Assembly (NCBI RefSeq): GCF_044704955.1
Contig: NC_091977.1
Coordinates: forward strand, 321,160,001-321,224,000
Length of the DNA: 64,000 nucleotides
Source: Pristiophorus japonicus
Lineage: Eukaryota
Direction: 5' to 3'
Under the pieces are notes generated by a model. The model had not been told where the DNA came from and did not search any database. It worked only from the letters and a program-made list of their open reading frames with translations. A program made the translations under genes and the position numbers. This document shows, one piece after another, positions 37,201-48,599 of the stretch (the stretch's first letter is position 1; the number at the start of each line of letters is the position of its first letter).

Positions 37201-39727
37201 ATCGAGCTTTATAAAAGCAGTTCTTGCACTGTAATTGAGGTCTGCTGTGTGTTGAGCGTCTCAATATATTTCCTGCAACTACTCTTGCAATGGAAGGCTT
37301 CGGAAGATCTTTTAACGAAGGGCCTGCTCTTGGTACAGTAAGTTCTTTACTTCCATCTGATGAGATTTTATTCAGCTCCTTTTCTCTCGGCTGCTGTCCT
37401 TCGGTTTGCTCGGTCTGCTGTGGGAGTATATTTAGTGTGTGCTGCTCAGTACCTTCATGATTCGCTAGATCCTCTTCCGATACAAAGTGCAGTTTGCAAG
37501 CCGAGCAGAATGTCATTTTGTGTTCTTGGTTCATGTGATCCTTAAGAGTTTCTTCATCCGAGGTCACAAACGCGCAGAGTCGACAGTCAATCTTGGAGAA
37601 GTTCATTTGATGCCTATTGCTTTGACAATGTTTTTCAAAGTCGCCTTTTGTGACACATGCATAGCCACACGGTTGACAATGAAACTCCATTTCTTTCGTG
37701 TGACGCCTCTTTATATGCACCTCTAAGCCCTTTCTGTTCTGAAATAAATGGCCACAGTAGGAACAAGTGCGGAGGGCTTTACGGTCGGCAGGGCTTAGCT
37801 TCAATTCAGGATTCTCAACATTGGCGGCTTTGTTTTCTGCTGGATAGGCAGATGAGGACTGAAGGGTTTGATCCTGTGAAGTACTTTCAATGCTGTTTTC
37901 AACCAATGTTGATGGGTGAGGAACTTCTGATGGGGTTGATTCCCCTTCCTGAATGCCACTTGAGCAACTTATTTTAGAAGCATTCCCATTCTCTAAGTTT
38001 TCATCAGTTGCACTTGGTAAGTTTGCATCACTACTTTTATCTTGATTCTCAGGTTTTCCATCAAGGTGGTCTGTTTTTTTGGCAATTATTTTATTTATTG
38101 GTTTTATACCACGATTCTTCCTTCTAGGAAGTCTGCCTCGACCTCGCTGCGCTTCAGTAAAAACCTCTCTCCTGGGAGGAAACCGGCCTCTATTTCGACT
38201 TTTATCCATCGTCAAAAGGCTACCTCTTCCTCGAAGATTTCTTGGAACCCTTTGGTTCCCCACTTCTTCCTTGGTAAATCTGCCCTTACTTCTTGTACTC
38301 CGAACGTGTTCAGAACCATCCTTGTAACGCGCACTGCGCGGTCTCAGGCTGACGATATTACCTTTATCTGAGCGCCTTAGTCTTTGATTACCCATCTGTT
38401 CTTGGGGAAGATTAGTTGGTTCCTTTACTTTTCTCAAACTTCTTTTGAGAGATGCTTTTCCAACACTACAATTATTAAGCTCTTCTCGTTCATTTGCTGT
38501 TGGTGCTTTTTCACTGATTAAAGCTTCTGCACAGAGACCGTTACCACTGTTCTTAAACTTCTCCAAATGCTCAGTGCTTTTAACATCCTTCTCGGCAAAA
38601 CTTCTGCTTCTGGTTCTTCTCAAATTTTCAGGCTTCTTGCCCAAGCTCAACTCATCATTATTAACACATTTTGCACGCTCTACATTGTCTTTTGCATCAT
38701 AATCACCAGAAAGTCCCTTTTTGGAGAGCAAATGTATGTACCCGCCCCGTGCAGCAAGATTCTTACGGCGAAGGTGAGTCTTTCCACGGCAGTGGGTTTT
38801 CAGTAGATTTTCATCATAACACTGGTAGCCGCAGAGGTCACAGTTCAATCTTTTTCCTTGTACATGCTTGTGCTTGAGATGTGCTTGCAAAGATGCTACA
38901 CTCTCCGCCTTGAATTTGCACTGAGGGCACATGTGCGCCTTGGATCGTTTGGAATGATTCTCTTTAATGTGTTTGTCCAAGTCATAGCGCGAAGGCAATA
39001 ACTGGTCACAGAGCCTACAGTTAAATCCTTCCTTTGTGCTTGTAGTTTTACTTGTGCTTTTAGCTTGGTTTTTATGGAGAACTGAACAAATATGCTTTCT
39101 GTAGCTCTCCTTTGATGGGCTAATAACATTGCAAATATCACAAATGAAATAATTATCATTGAAGTGGCATTGCTTTACATGAGTTTTTAGTGCAGTGTTA
39201 TTTTTCGCTGTAAAGTTGCAAGAAGAGCATGGCTGACCTGCTCTAACTTTGACTACCTTAGTTGTATTCTGACAATCTCCTATTTGTCCTTCAGGTTGTG
39301 CATTGGATTTCTTCAGGTCATTTTGCACGTGCCTGGTTTCTGTCTGTGCTGGCTTTACTTCACATAGCAAAGCCGAGGATTCGGCAACCACAATATTCCC
39401 GCTACTCTGAGATTCTTCCAAAGTGTCACGTTTCTGTCTTTTGGCCGGAGGTTCATCACCACCACACGGACGCTTGCTACCCTCTGTTCCAACCTTGTTT
39501 TGTCGGATGTCATCGGCGAGCGCCTTTATTTCCGAGACGCCGCTTACATTCAAGTCCTTGGCGTTCTCTGGCTCAGCGCTTGTTTTTCGACTGCAAAGTC
39601 CGATCGACTCAGTCTGTGGATCTTGTGCGAGCACAGATGCTGCTTCGGTTCTCTCGCTTTGCTCTTCGTTGGCTGGTAACTGAACAGCGTCACGCTCGGA
39701 ATCTTTGGATTTTTCATTTAAATCCAT
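34252..39727 (-). CDS. ZNF407: ZNF407 large first coding exon (about 1825 codons; many C2H2 and matrin/U1-type zinc fingers, AT-hook)
   Basis: 1862-aa ORF with ZNF407 signature segments GKTHLRRKNLAARGG, CFYKARSATVLLKHIRLRH, KRGRPKGNISRTC..HIRRKHSHQYSY and LAFLAHIRTHTG. Donor ACT G|GTACGT at 34252/34251 is phase-compatible with the 1554-1668 exon. Confidence 0.96.
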
Positions 39728-39811
39728 TGTTGCAGCATACGATGAAGGTATTTCATGTTGCTGCCAGGGAACATCAGTAGAACAGAACAGATCTCGCCAT
39801 TTCTTTTGACC
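39728..39811 (-). other. ZNF407: 5' part of the ZNF407 large exon upstream of the ATG (5'UTR or in-frame extension)
   Basis: Polypyrimidine tract and acceptor tttttctctgttatatttag|GGTC at 39812/39811; 84 nt to the ATG. Confidence 0.75.
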
Positions 39812-40367
39812 CTAAATATAACAGAGAAAAAAATATATAACACCATTATAATTCAAAAGTATTTGAGAGAGATAAATTACACAATGTAAACGCTACACAT
39901 CCAAGAAAAAAAAGGAAAGTGAATTTAAGAGAAAGATTTTTTTTTTTTAAATGGGGTGGAGGCATTTCTAATGTACAGAAATGTTCCCATTTTTGTCATT
40001 ATTTTGCTGCTCTTCATCGCATGCACAGAAGAAAAATGCTTTAAATCATTATACCATATATTATTGGACATGCATTCAAAAGAAAAATATTAATGCATTA
40101 TAGTAGAAAATGACAATAAATGGGCTCCACTGTGTATCCTTTTGCTCATGAGTGTCTTCACATAGAGTGCAATAGTGTGTAATTATTGCAAAGTATATAA
40201 TTGTTAAAATCTGAAGTAAAAAATTATAGGTTGTCAAAAGCTTCAAAAAGGAATCCAACTGAAGAAGAGAAGAGAGCTGGTTACTCCATGGCTACCTATA
40301 TAATACAATATTTATACAAGTGAGCACCAACTGCATAACCGTGAGGATGTCCAGTATAATAAAAGAA

Positions 40368-40735
40368 AAGACTTGTATTTCTATAGCGCCTTTCACGACG
40401 TCCCAAAGCTTTGCAGCCAATGAAGTACTTTTTGAAGTCTAGTCACTGTTATATTGTAGGAAACGCGCAGCCAATTTGCGCACAGCAAGCTCCTACAAAC
40501 AGCAATACAATAATGACCAAATAATCTATTTTTTTGTGGTTAATTGAGGGATAGATATTGGCAAAGACACCGGGGATAACTCCTCTGATCTTCTTCAAAA
40601 TAATACCGTGGGATCTTTTACATTCACCTGACAGGGCAGACGGAGCCTCGGTTTAATGTCTCATCCGAAAGTCAACACCTCCAACAGTGCAGCACTCGCT
40701 CAGTACTGCACTGGGAGTGTCATCCCAGATTTTTG
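40368..40735 (-). mobile_element. Deu-domain SINE (SacSINE1/AmnSINE-like)
   Basis: Minus strand cagtactgagcgagtgctgcactgttggagg..tttcggatgagacattaaaccgagg..aaagatccc is the Deu core as I recall it; L2-like tail. Confidence 0.8.
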
Positions 40736-41974
40736 AGATCGTACAGTTATCATACAGTATTGCGCCAGCCAGTACTATTACAAAAGGGACGCAAAAGATA
40801 ATCAGTGTATACAAGGGCACCCCATAATGTCTATGACCAGTTAGAGTATTGCAAAAAGTGATTAAACCAATACCAGAGGATTGCATAATCACTTGGTGTA
40901 CCCGAAAAAGCTGAGATAAATCAAACCAAAGGACGAAACTTCAGCCGATTATGTTCTCCCCCGCCACCCTGCACTGTAAATGATAGATAGTAAAAGCAAG
41001 GCCCGTGTGTTTTGGGCGGCCTTGGATTTTCCATTGGCCACTTCTGCACGATCGTATCAAATAAATGTCAACAACCCGCATTTTACCGCAGTCTGAAAAT
41101 CAATCCAGAACTCTCAAGATAAGGCCATGATTAAGGGGCAAGCACCAAGCATAGTTAGATGGGAAAGGGTTTCTTGCAGTTGATGTGACAGACACTGATA
41201 TTTTGATACAGCATCAAATGTTTGATGTCCTCCAGCTACGACCAAACATGTACACAACTGCTAAGGAATTCTCCTCATAGAACACAGCAAAATAAAACGG
41301 CCCAGAGGCACTCTTATATAATGCGTTAAGAGATCATTGTTGTTCAGTCTGCAATCACTTAAAGGGGCAGAAGCCCTCTTGAGATTGGTGAGCTAACCAT
41401 GATACCGGGGTGGGGGGGGGGTGGGGAATATAATCAACAATGTTGGCATGATTAAGTCGCAACAAATCAACATCAATCTTCACACAGCAGTGCACTCCTA
41501 CCGAAAAAGGTTAAAAATGAATGGACGCTATGATTACTGTTCATCATTCACTTTGACAAGCTTTTAACAATTTAAAATTATCAGCAGCAGTTTACATTAT
41601 TTTAAGGAAAAATACTTTATTTAATAAATGAATTCATCAAATAAAGCAAGTCGGATGGGCAGAGAAAGCAGACATCAATCAGGTATAAAAGCTTACATTT
41701 GCATGAATAAAGAGGGGGATGCAGGGCACAACTGCATGAATTGTTCGAGATGTCATCTTAAAATGGAAAGAAACACTAAGGTACCATTTGGAATAAGATA
41801 TCAAGTGCTGCCGCCTTCCCACCCCCCAGTTCCAACATTAAATTTGCTGCCCATTATAACCACAATATTGATTTCATGACCATCTATTTTCGAATGCAGA
41901 ATAATTCAGGAAGAATGTATTTACAACCAACAGTGTTTACAACCTGTTGACAGAAATGCTCATATTGATTATTA

Positions 41975-42505
41975 ATCACAGAATTATAGAATGATACAGC
42001 ACAGAAAGAGACTATTTCACCCATCGTGCCTGTGCCAGTCTTTCGTAGAGCTATCCAATGAATCCCACACCCTGCTCTTTGCCCATTGCCCTGTAAATCT
42101 TTTCCCTTCAATGCTCAGAACAGAAGGACAGCAAGTGAGATGGGATTAACTTTACATAGAATGTACAGCACAGAAACAGGCCATTCGGTCCAACAGGTCT
42201 ATGCCGGTGTTTATGCTCCACACGAGCCTCCTCCCACCCCAACCTCATCTAATTCTTCTATTCTTCTCTCCTTTATGTGCTTCCCCTTAAATGCATCGAT
42301 GCTAGTCACCTGAACTACTCCTTGTGGTAGGTAGCGAGTTCCACATTCTAACCACTCTCCGAGTAAACAAGTTTCTCCTGAAATCCCTGTTGTATTTATT
42401 AGTGACTATCTTATATTTATGATCCCAAGTTTTGCTCTCGCCCTCAAGTGGAAATAGCTTCTCTACATCTACCCTAGCAAACCTTTTCATAATCTTAAAG
42501 ACCTG
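41975..42505 (-). mobile_element. Two adjacent CR1-type 3' end fragments
   Basis: Two acagcacagaaa tails; FRRNLFTRRVVRMWNSLP. Confidence 0.75.
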
Positions 42506-44065
42506 GGATGTGTGGCAAAGTGACCATGAGTTTATCAGAAAGGTACAAATGATATTTACCCTAATTGAAAGTTACAAACCGTTGCTAATAATACACAATT
42601 GTGAATGTGTTTTCTAAAAAAAAAAGCCACACATTAATTCTCTTTCCATTGCTACACAGTCCTGTTCCTGCCAGAAGTAAAGGATGATTTAGAATCTAAT
42701 GCATTATTGACATCAATGCTGATTCGCAAAAAAGATAAAAGCAGGATAGTCACAAGAACCTGTCTTGAAGAATTAGCATCTAAATTCCCCAAGGATACTC
42801 ATGATATCACACTGAACCTCTTTCAAAACAATTACTTCGTCTGCATAGTGCCACTTCCACACCAGTCATATTATGCAAATGCTTTGCTACATTTTAAGAA
42901 AGTGACCCCAGTTCTTCAGGCCCTCCCCGCCCCACAATATTTTGTACAGATGTGGTAACTGTCCATACAGCCCGGAAAGTTTCACTGTTCAAACCTTAGG
43001 CTGTGGATGTGTGTGTGGCGGGGAGAGGGATGGTTGGGAGCAGGGGGGGTGTTAGTAGGGACACTACAATTGGTTCCAACATATTTGGGCAAGGCAAGAA
43101 AGCTGGCCAAGGAATGTGCTCTGCTTGCTACCCCTACCAACCCTGTCAGAAGTTCTTGTTGGAAGGAAACAAGTCTGGATAAACACGTGGATGCAAATTG
43201 TAACAACGTAACAACGAAAGTTCATGACTACTACTTCTGAGCTCACTTTTAAAAGGCTGGATCTTTGCCACCATTCTGCTCCGTTTTTTGGCCTCTGTTG
43301 TTTTTTTGGAGCAGACTAAAATGTGCAAGTTTTGCCAAAGTTTCTGCGCCATTTTAAGGGCTCAATTTTCCCCATTCATTTGCGTGCGCTGTTTTTTTTG
43401 GCGTATTTATTTTTTTCAAAGTTTTCCCCTGCGATCTGCGCCGGCGTAACTGACTTAGTTACAATTTATCTTGGCCAGTTTTTTTTACGTCATGCCTGTA
43501 CCGGTTTTTTCAATTGTTCACAGTTTGGCCAACATTTATTTCTCTTAGGTCGTCGTATCTGGCCACTCCCAAAAAAACCTTCTGGTGAGTTAAGAAAACC
43601 AGCGCACACACACAAATCTGTGCTGAAAGACGCCATTGTTTTTAAATCGAAGATTTTGGAGGGAGTCAAGAACACTGTCAAAATCAATAATAAAGTTCAA
43701 CTTTTTTTTTAAACCTGTCAACGTAGAAGTGTAAATTTGTTGGATTTCAGAAGTTCTCATTTCTGTACTCACTCACACGCCACCAGCGAACGTCTTGAAG
43801 CAGGGCTGGAGGGGCATAGCTTTGACCCGGGCACAGGGGCTCGGCTACAAAACAAACCGTTTGGGGGGGGGGGGGGGGGGAAAGAGAGAGAGCGAAGTAC
43901 CAATCGGAAGGCTTGGAGCCCGGGGAGGGGGAAGAGAGAAGTCACAAGACTCCAATTAGTAAAGAGGGGTGGGTGGAGGGGGAAAAAAAGAGAGAAGTCA
44001 CATACTGACCTGGAGAGATATAACTACAAACCTGTGCTGCCTGCTCTCAAAGGTTAAATTTAAGT

Positions 44066-45250
44066 ATGGGGACAATACTGACAATGCCATACCTTGTGCA
44101 AGCTTTCTGCATCATGGTGCTACGTAGGAGACAATTGATTCGACTTCATCACATCAGGAATATCAGAGCCCGTAGGGTGCTGGGCAGGAGGCCTGACTCA
44201 CCTAAGGTATATCGAGATAAGACTCCACCTGAGTGATGCAGACTGTGTCAGAAGGCTGTATTTCCGCAAAGAAGTTGTAAGTGAGATCTGGGAGTTGGTC
44301 AAAGCAGACCTGCAACCTGGAAGCATCAGGAGGACTGCTCTAACAGTTGAAGTGAAGGTTACAGCTGCACTTTCATTCTAAGCCTCCGGATCGTTTCAAG
44401 CTACAACTGGGGATGTGTGTGCCATCTCTCAACATGCAACACCTGTCTCCATTTGCCAGGTGGTGGCTGCACTGTATGCACAGAGGAATGACTTCATCAA
44501 GTTCCCCATGACCGCCCAAGCAATCCATGACAGGACTGTGGGCTTCTCCAGGATTGCTGGCTTCCCAAAGGTACAGGGCTACATTGATTGCCTCACGAGC
44601 ACCGTTGAAGGATTCCGAGATGTACAGGAACAGGAAAGGCTTCCACTCCATTAATGTGCAGCTTGTGTGATGACATGCATCATATCATGTCAGTCGATGC
44701 AAGATATCCTGGCAGCACCCATGATGCGTTCATCCTACGCGACAGCGTTATTATCTGCCATGTTCCAGCAGCAGCCAGAAGGGCAGAGCTGGCTACTGGG
44801 AGACAAAGGGTATGGCCTTGCCACCTGGCTCATGATGCCCCTACACGTAACCCGGATGGAAGCTAACTGTCAACACAACATGTCGCACATTGCGATGCAC
44901 AGCATCATTGAAAGGACCATTGGCATATTGAAGCAGCATTTCCGATGCTTGGACCATTCCGGAGGCTACTTGCTGTACTCCCGAGATTGTCGGTCAGTTC
45001 ACTGTTGTGTGCTGCATAACTTAGCCATCATGAGGCAGCAGCGCCTGGTAGTGGAAGACCCACCTGCGGTGAGAGCGGCTGATAGTGATGTGGAAGATGC
45101 AGGTAACGAGCAGGAGGAGGAGCAGGAAGCCATACAAGTGCCTGAGGTCGGAGCATGACAGCGGAGGAGGGCAGGCCATCGTGCCCCTTTAACGATTGCT
45201 TGAGCCTTGCGCCAGCAGCTCATCCGTGAACACTTTACTGATGCCGGAGG
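44066..45250 (+). pseudogene. Harbinger (HARBI1-like, DDE_Tnp_4) transposase remnant
   Basis: F*ASGSFQ, GFPKVQGYIDC, NRKGFHSINVQLVCD, YPGSTHD, WLLGDKGY, IERTIGILKQHFRCLD; stops and frameshifts. Confidence 0.92.
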
Positions 45251-45539
45251 GCTCAGCGACAACTATTCCACATGGACATATTTATTGTTTGGAGCTGTTC
45301 CGTAATGTTGTGTTGGGTTAATGGAACATAGTTCAGTTTTAATGTAAAATATATTTTATTCAAAAATTTACAATGTACTTAACTTAACTTTAATAAAATT
45401 ATTCTTGTATCAAACTTTACTTTAATATCACTCTAAGATCACTTAAAAACTTTAAGATCACTTATAAACTTGTAAATTTACATAACTTACAAAAAACTTT
45501 TAATTTGAGAACAGTTGCAACAGTAACAATAATAACAAC

Positions 45540-47203
45540 AGCAGCAGCAGCAATGAAAGGCTGCACCTTTCTCTCATCCCCCTTATTCCAAGACCGCCCG
45601 CTGCGCTTGGTCTTGAACACTCCACCACAGGCGATGGCGCAGTGTTTCCAGGCTTGATACCAAGCTTATTCTTTCTAACATCTCGGATGCTGCACACCTA
45701 GAGGGTGGGGGGCGTTGGCGTCAGGCAACAAGTTGGAGGGCCCGGCTTTGGGCTCTTCAGAAGCTGGTCTGGGGATTGGAGTGGGAGTGACAGTTGATTT
45801 TGTCAATGGGCGCGGGGTCTGGGCGTGTTCCATTATTGCAGCAGCTAACTCCAACATGCCGTCCCTCATGCGTCCTGACAGTGTCCCAACGACCTGCAAC
45901 ATTCCCTCCCTCATGGTCAGTGACGTGGTTTGCACTACCTCAGACATTCCTTCCCTCATGGCCATTATTCCTTCACTGATGGTCCGGATCGCGTTCCCAT
46001 TTCTTGTGTCATTGCTGTTACTTCTCCCGACAGTCCCACTACCTCATCACTCACCCTACTGATGGCGTCCAGGAGTGATCCGGGTAAGGTCAATGCTCTC
46101 CGCACTCAATGAAATCATCTGAACCACATCTGTTAGATCCAGCACCTCAGGAGAGAGCGGTCGAGCTCTCCTTCCCCTCCTCCCCATGGGTGTGGCTCGC
46201 ACCACACCACTGGGACCCGCAGCCTGGGATGGTGGGGCCCTGGGTGTGCCTTGCTGCACACCACTGGGACCAGCAACCTCGGAAGGTGGGGCCTTGGGCG
46301 TGCCTCACTGCACCCCACCACTGGGACCCGCAACCTCGGAATGTTCCACCAACACTCAAACCATTAGTCATGGAAAGGGCCATCACTTCTATGAGCGGAA
46401 CCTCCTCCAAAGTCAGTACAATAGTGGGAGCTTCATCCAGCTCCATCCACTCCACCTCATCCCCATGGATGGATTGGAAGATGTTCTCCTCTTCAGGCTC
46501 ATCCACATCTGAATCTTCTTCTGCATCGTCAGGGTTGGCCTCAAGTTCTGCAAACGATAACAGAACAGTCAAATGGTTAGCAGCAGAGGAGGGAGCAGGG
46601 TATGTGGCATGAATAGGCTTACACATCGCAGGCCAGGCAGCAGGCTGATTTGATGGGCCACGACAGGACTTACCCTCTCCCTCGAGTGTGGGCCCAGCTT
46701 GTGCAGTACTGATTGCTTTTTTCCAGGCAGGACCCATCAAAGCAGCGACCCTCTCTTCCAAGGGTGTCAGTGGGTACAAATTTGCTGGGCCTCCTCCTGT
46801 TCTTTCCCTTTCATTATGTGTCACCTTCTTCTGCAAAGATGAAAATGCAACTTTTTAGAGAGGGTGTCTTTCTGCTGGGTGGGACATATACAGCTGGTCA
46901 CATTTACAATTGCAATTGCATTGAATAAATGAAAATATTACTTACACTAACTACTTGACCAAGGTCCTGTCACTTCTTTTTACACTCTCCTCCAGATCTC
47001 GTAGTGGTCACCATTGCACAGTAACCTTCTGCAACTTGGTTCCAGCGTTTCTTCATTTCTTTGGGTGGAACTTTTATGTGACCTCTGCTGGTATCCAGCT
47101 CCTGCCATCTGTTCTCAACCACAGTAACTAGTGCCTCCACTTCTTCCTGTAAGAAATTCTTGGTCGTTGCAGCGTGTTGAATCTTGTATTGCTCCAGCTG
47201 CAA
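45540..47203 (-). pseudogene. Harbinger Myb/SANT-like (MADF/MSANTD-type) DNA-binding partner remnant, 3 exons
   Basis: KNFLQEEVEALV..RWNQVA..RSGGECKKK*QDL then RERTGGG; GT-AG introns at 46831-46945 and 46548-46673; acidic region follows; 3' boundary approximate. Confidence 0.85.
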
Positions 47204-48599
47204 TTTTTACAACGCTCTCACACAGCACTCCTTCTCACACACACAACTGGCTCTTTAAATATGGCCGATTACCAAATCTGAGTTGTACTGAGCATGCGCG
47301 TCCACTGGAACGACGTCTTAAACACAACTTTTTTTCTCGCGCATGCGCAGAAGTTGCGACTACATTTTTTGGTGCAGACAGCAGGCTCCACCACCCAAGG
47401 CGACTGGACACGCTGCGCAGCGCAAAATTCGAATTACACATCGAGGAAACTTTGGCAAAATATTTCTGGCACATTTCTGGCCTAGAAAAACAGGCATAAC
47501 TCTGGCAATACGCCAGAAATCGGGTCTAAGGTAGGTACATCGATTTTTTTTTTAGTTCCCAATTTTATTACGTCACTGGGGGCAGAACCTGCCAAGTGCA
47601 CCACTTCTGGTAATTGAAGAGAGTTTGTCCAAGTACGATCTTTTTCTAAAATGGCGCACTGCATCCTTCTGAAAAACCTTCCCTACACTTATGGAAATCG
47701 GCACCGAGAAGAGAAAATTGGCGGAGAGCAGGCATCATTGTTTCAGCGGAGCTGAAGACACAGTACCGAGGGTGCGGGGGCCTTTCAGCCCGGGATAGAA
47801 GCTAGCCGGTGCGGGGGCCTTTCTGCCCGGGATAGAAGCAGACCGGGGGGAGGGGGGGGGGGGCGGCGTTCTGCCCGGGATTGCAACGGCACTGACACTG
47901 TAGACATGAAAAAAAATCAAGAAATGCTTAAAAGGAATAAAGGAATTTCATATTGTTTCATATATTGAGATTTCAGTCTGTTGTCCCAAGTCTCACTGAG
48001 TGATCTATTTTACAAAGGAGAAATGCTTTATTTGTGCCTCAGCCCTTCAGTGTGTCCCTCATTACCCTGGCAACCTCAGTTTTTCGGCGCAGTCCTTAAG
48101 CTCCACCCACAGAGCTTAAGGACAATCTGCGCCGCTCCAAAATGAAAGGTTATGCCGGCGAAACTTGGAGCTTTTTTTTGGGGTGCAATTGGGCCACTTA
48201 AAATTTTTTTTTTTTTTTTTAAATCGGACATACCTCTACAACTGCGCATAAAAAAGTCCATGTGGAATTTTGGGCCCAAAGTTGCTGCTACCTCATTGTT
48301 TGATACAAGTTACACTATTTAGTAGAACTGTTTTGTTATCTGAATCGAACATGTGAATAGCAAGCACAGTACACAGTTCAAAGTGCTCTCAGTGTTGAAG
48401 CTTTGCTCCATTTCCAATCAGGCAAAGAAACAGAAAAGATCGATCGAACCTCCTGACAGAAAAAGAAATCATCACTTAGATAGTAAATTAGGAGTGAGTT
48501 GCGGCTCTACCCTATCCTTAAAGAGAATGAAAGAGATGACATACAAGCTATTCTGCCCTACTGGCCTTCTTACTGTTTACTGTCTGTTGTCCAACCGAC

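Larger units (their letters stand above)
43358..47526 (+). mobile_element. PIF/Harbinger DNA transposon with two convergent genes, decayed
   Basis: Left TIR gggctcaattttcccca; TAA on both sides (43355-43357, 47527-47529); transposase on plus, Myb/SANT gene on minus; right TIR largely missing. Confidence 0.9.
43254..48277. mobile_element. Older Harbinger-type MITE split by the coding element (43254-43357 and 47530-48277)
   Basis: The halves resemble consecutive subterminal segments of the 22294 MITE (tttttggagcag.. then cgatttttttt..ggggc..ctgaaaaaccttcccta); right end ggaattttgggccc; the TIRs match each other poorly. Confidence 0.6.

Noticed and set aside
34334-39780. Many plus-strand ORFs overlapping ZNF407
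   Set aside because: Antisense shadows of the coding exon with no recognisable domains.
44066-45250. Domesticated HARBI1 gene
   Set aside because: It has stops and frameshifts and sits within a TIR/TSD-bounded element beside a Myb partner, so it is a dead transposon copy.
46204-46342. CRISPR-like repeats
   Set aside because: Tandem units without unique spacers, inside a eukaryotic transposon gene; no cas genes.
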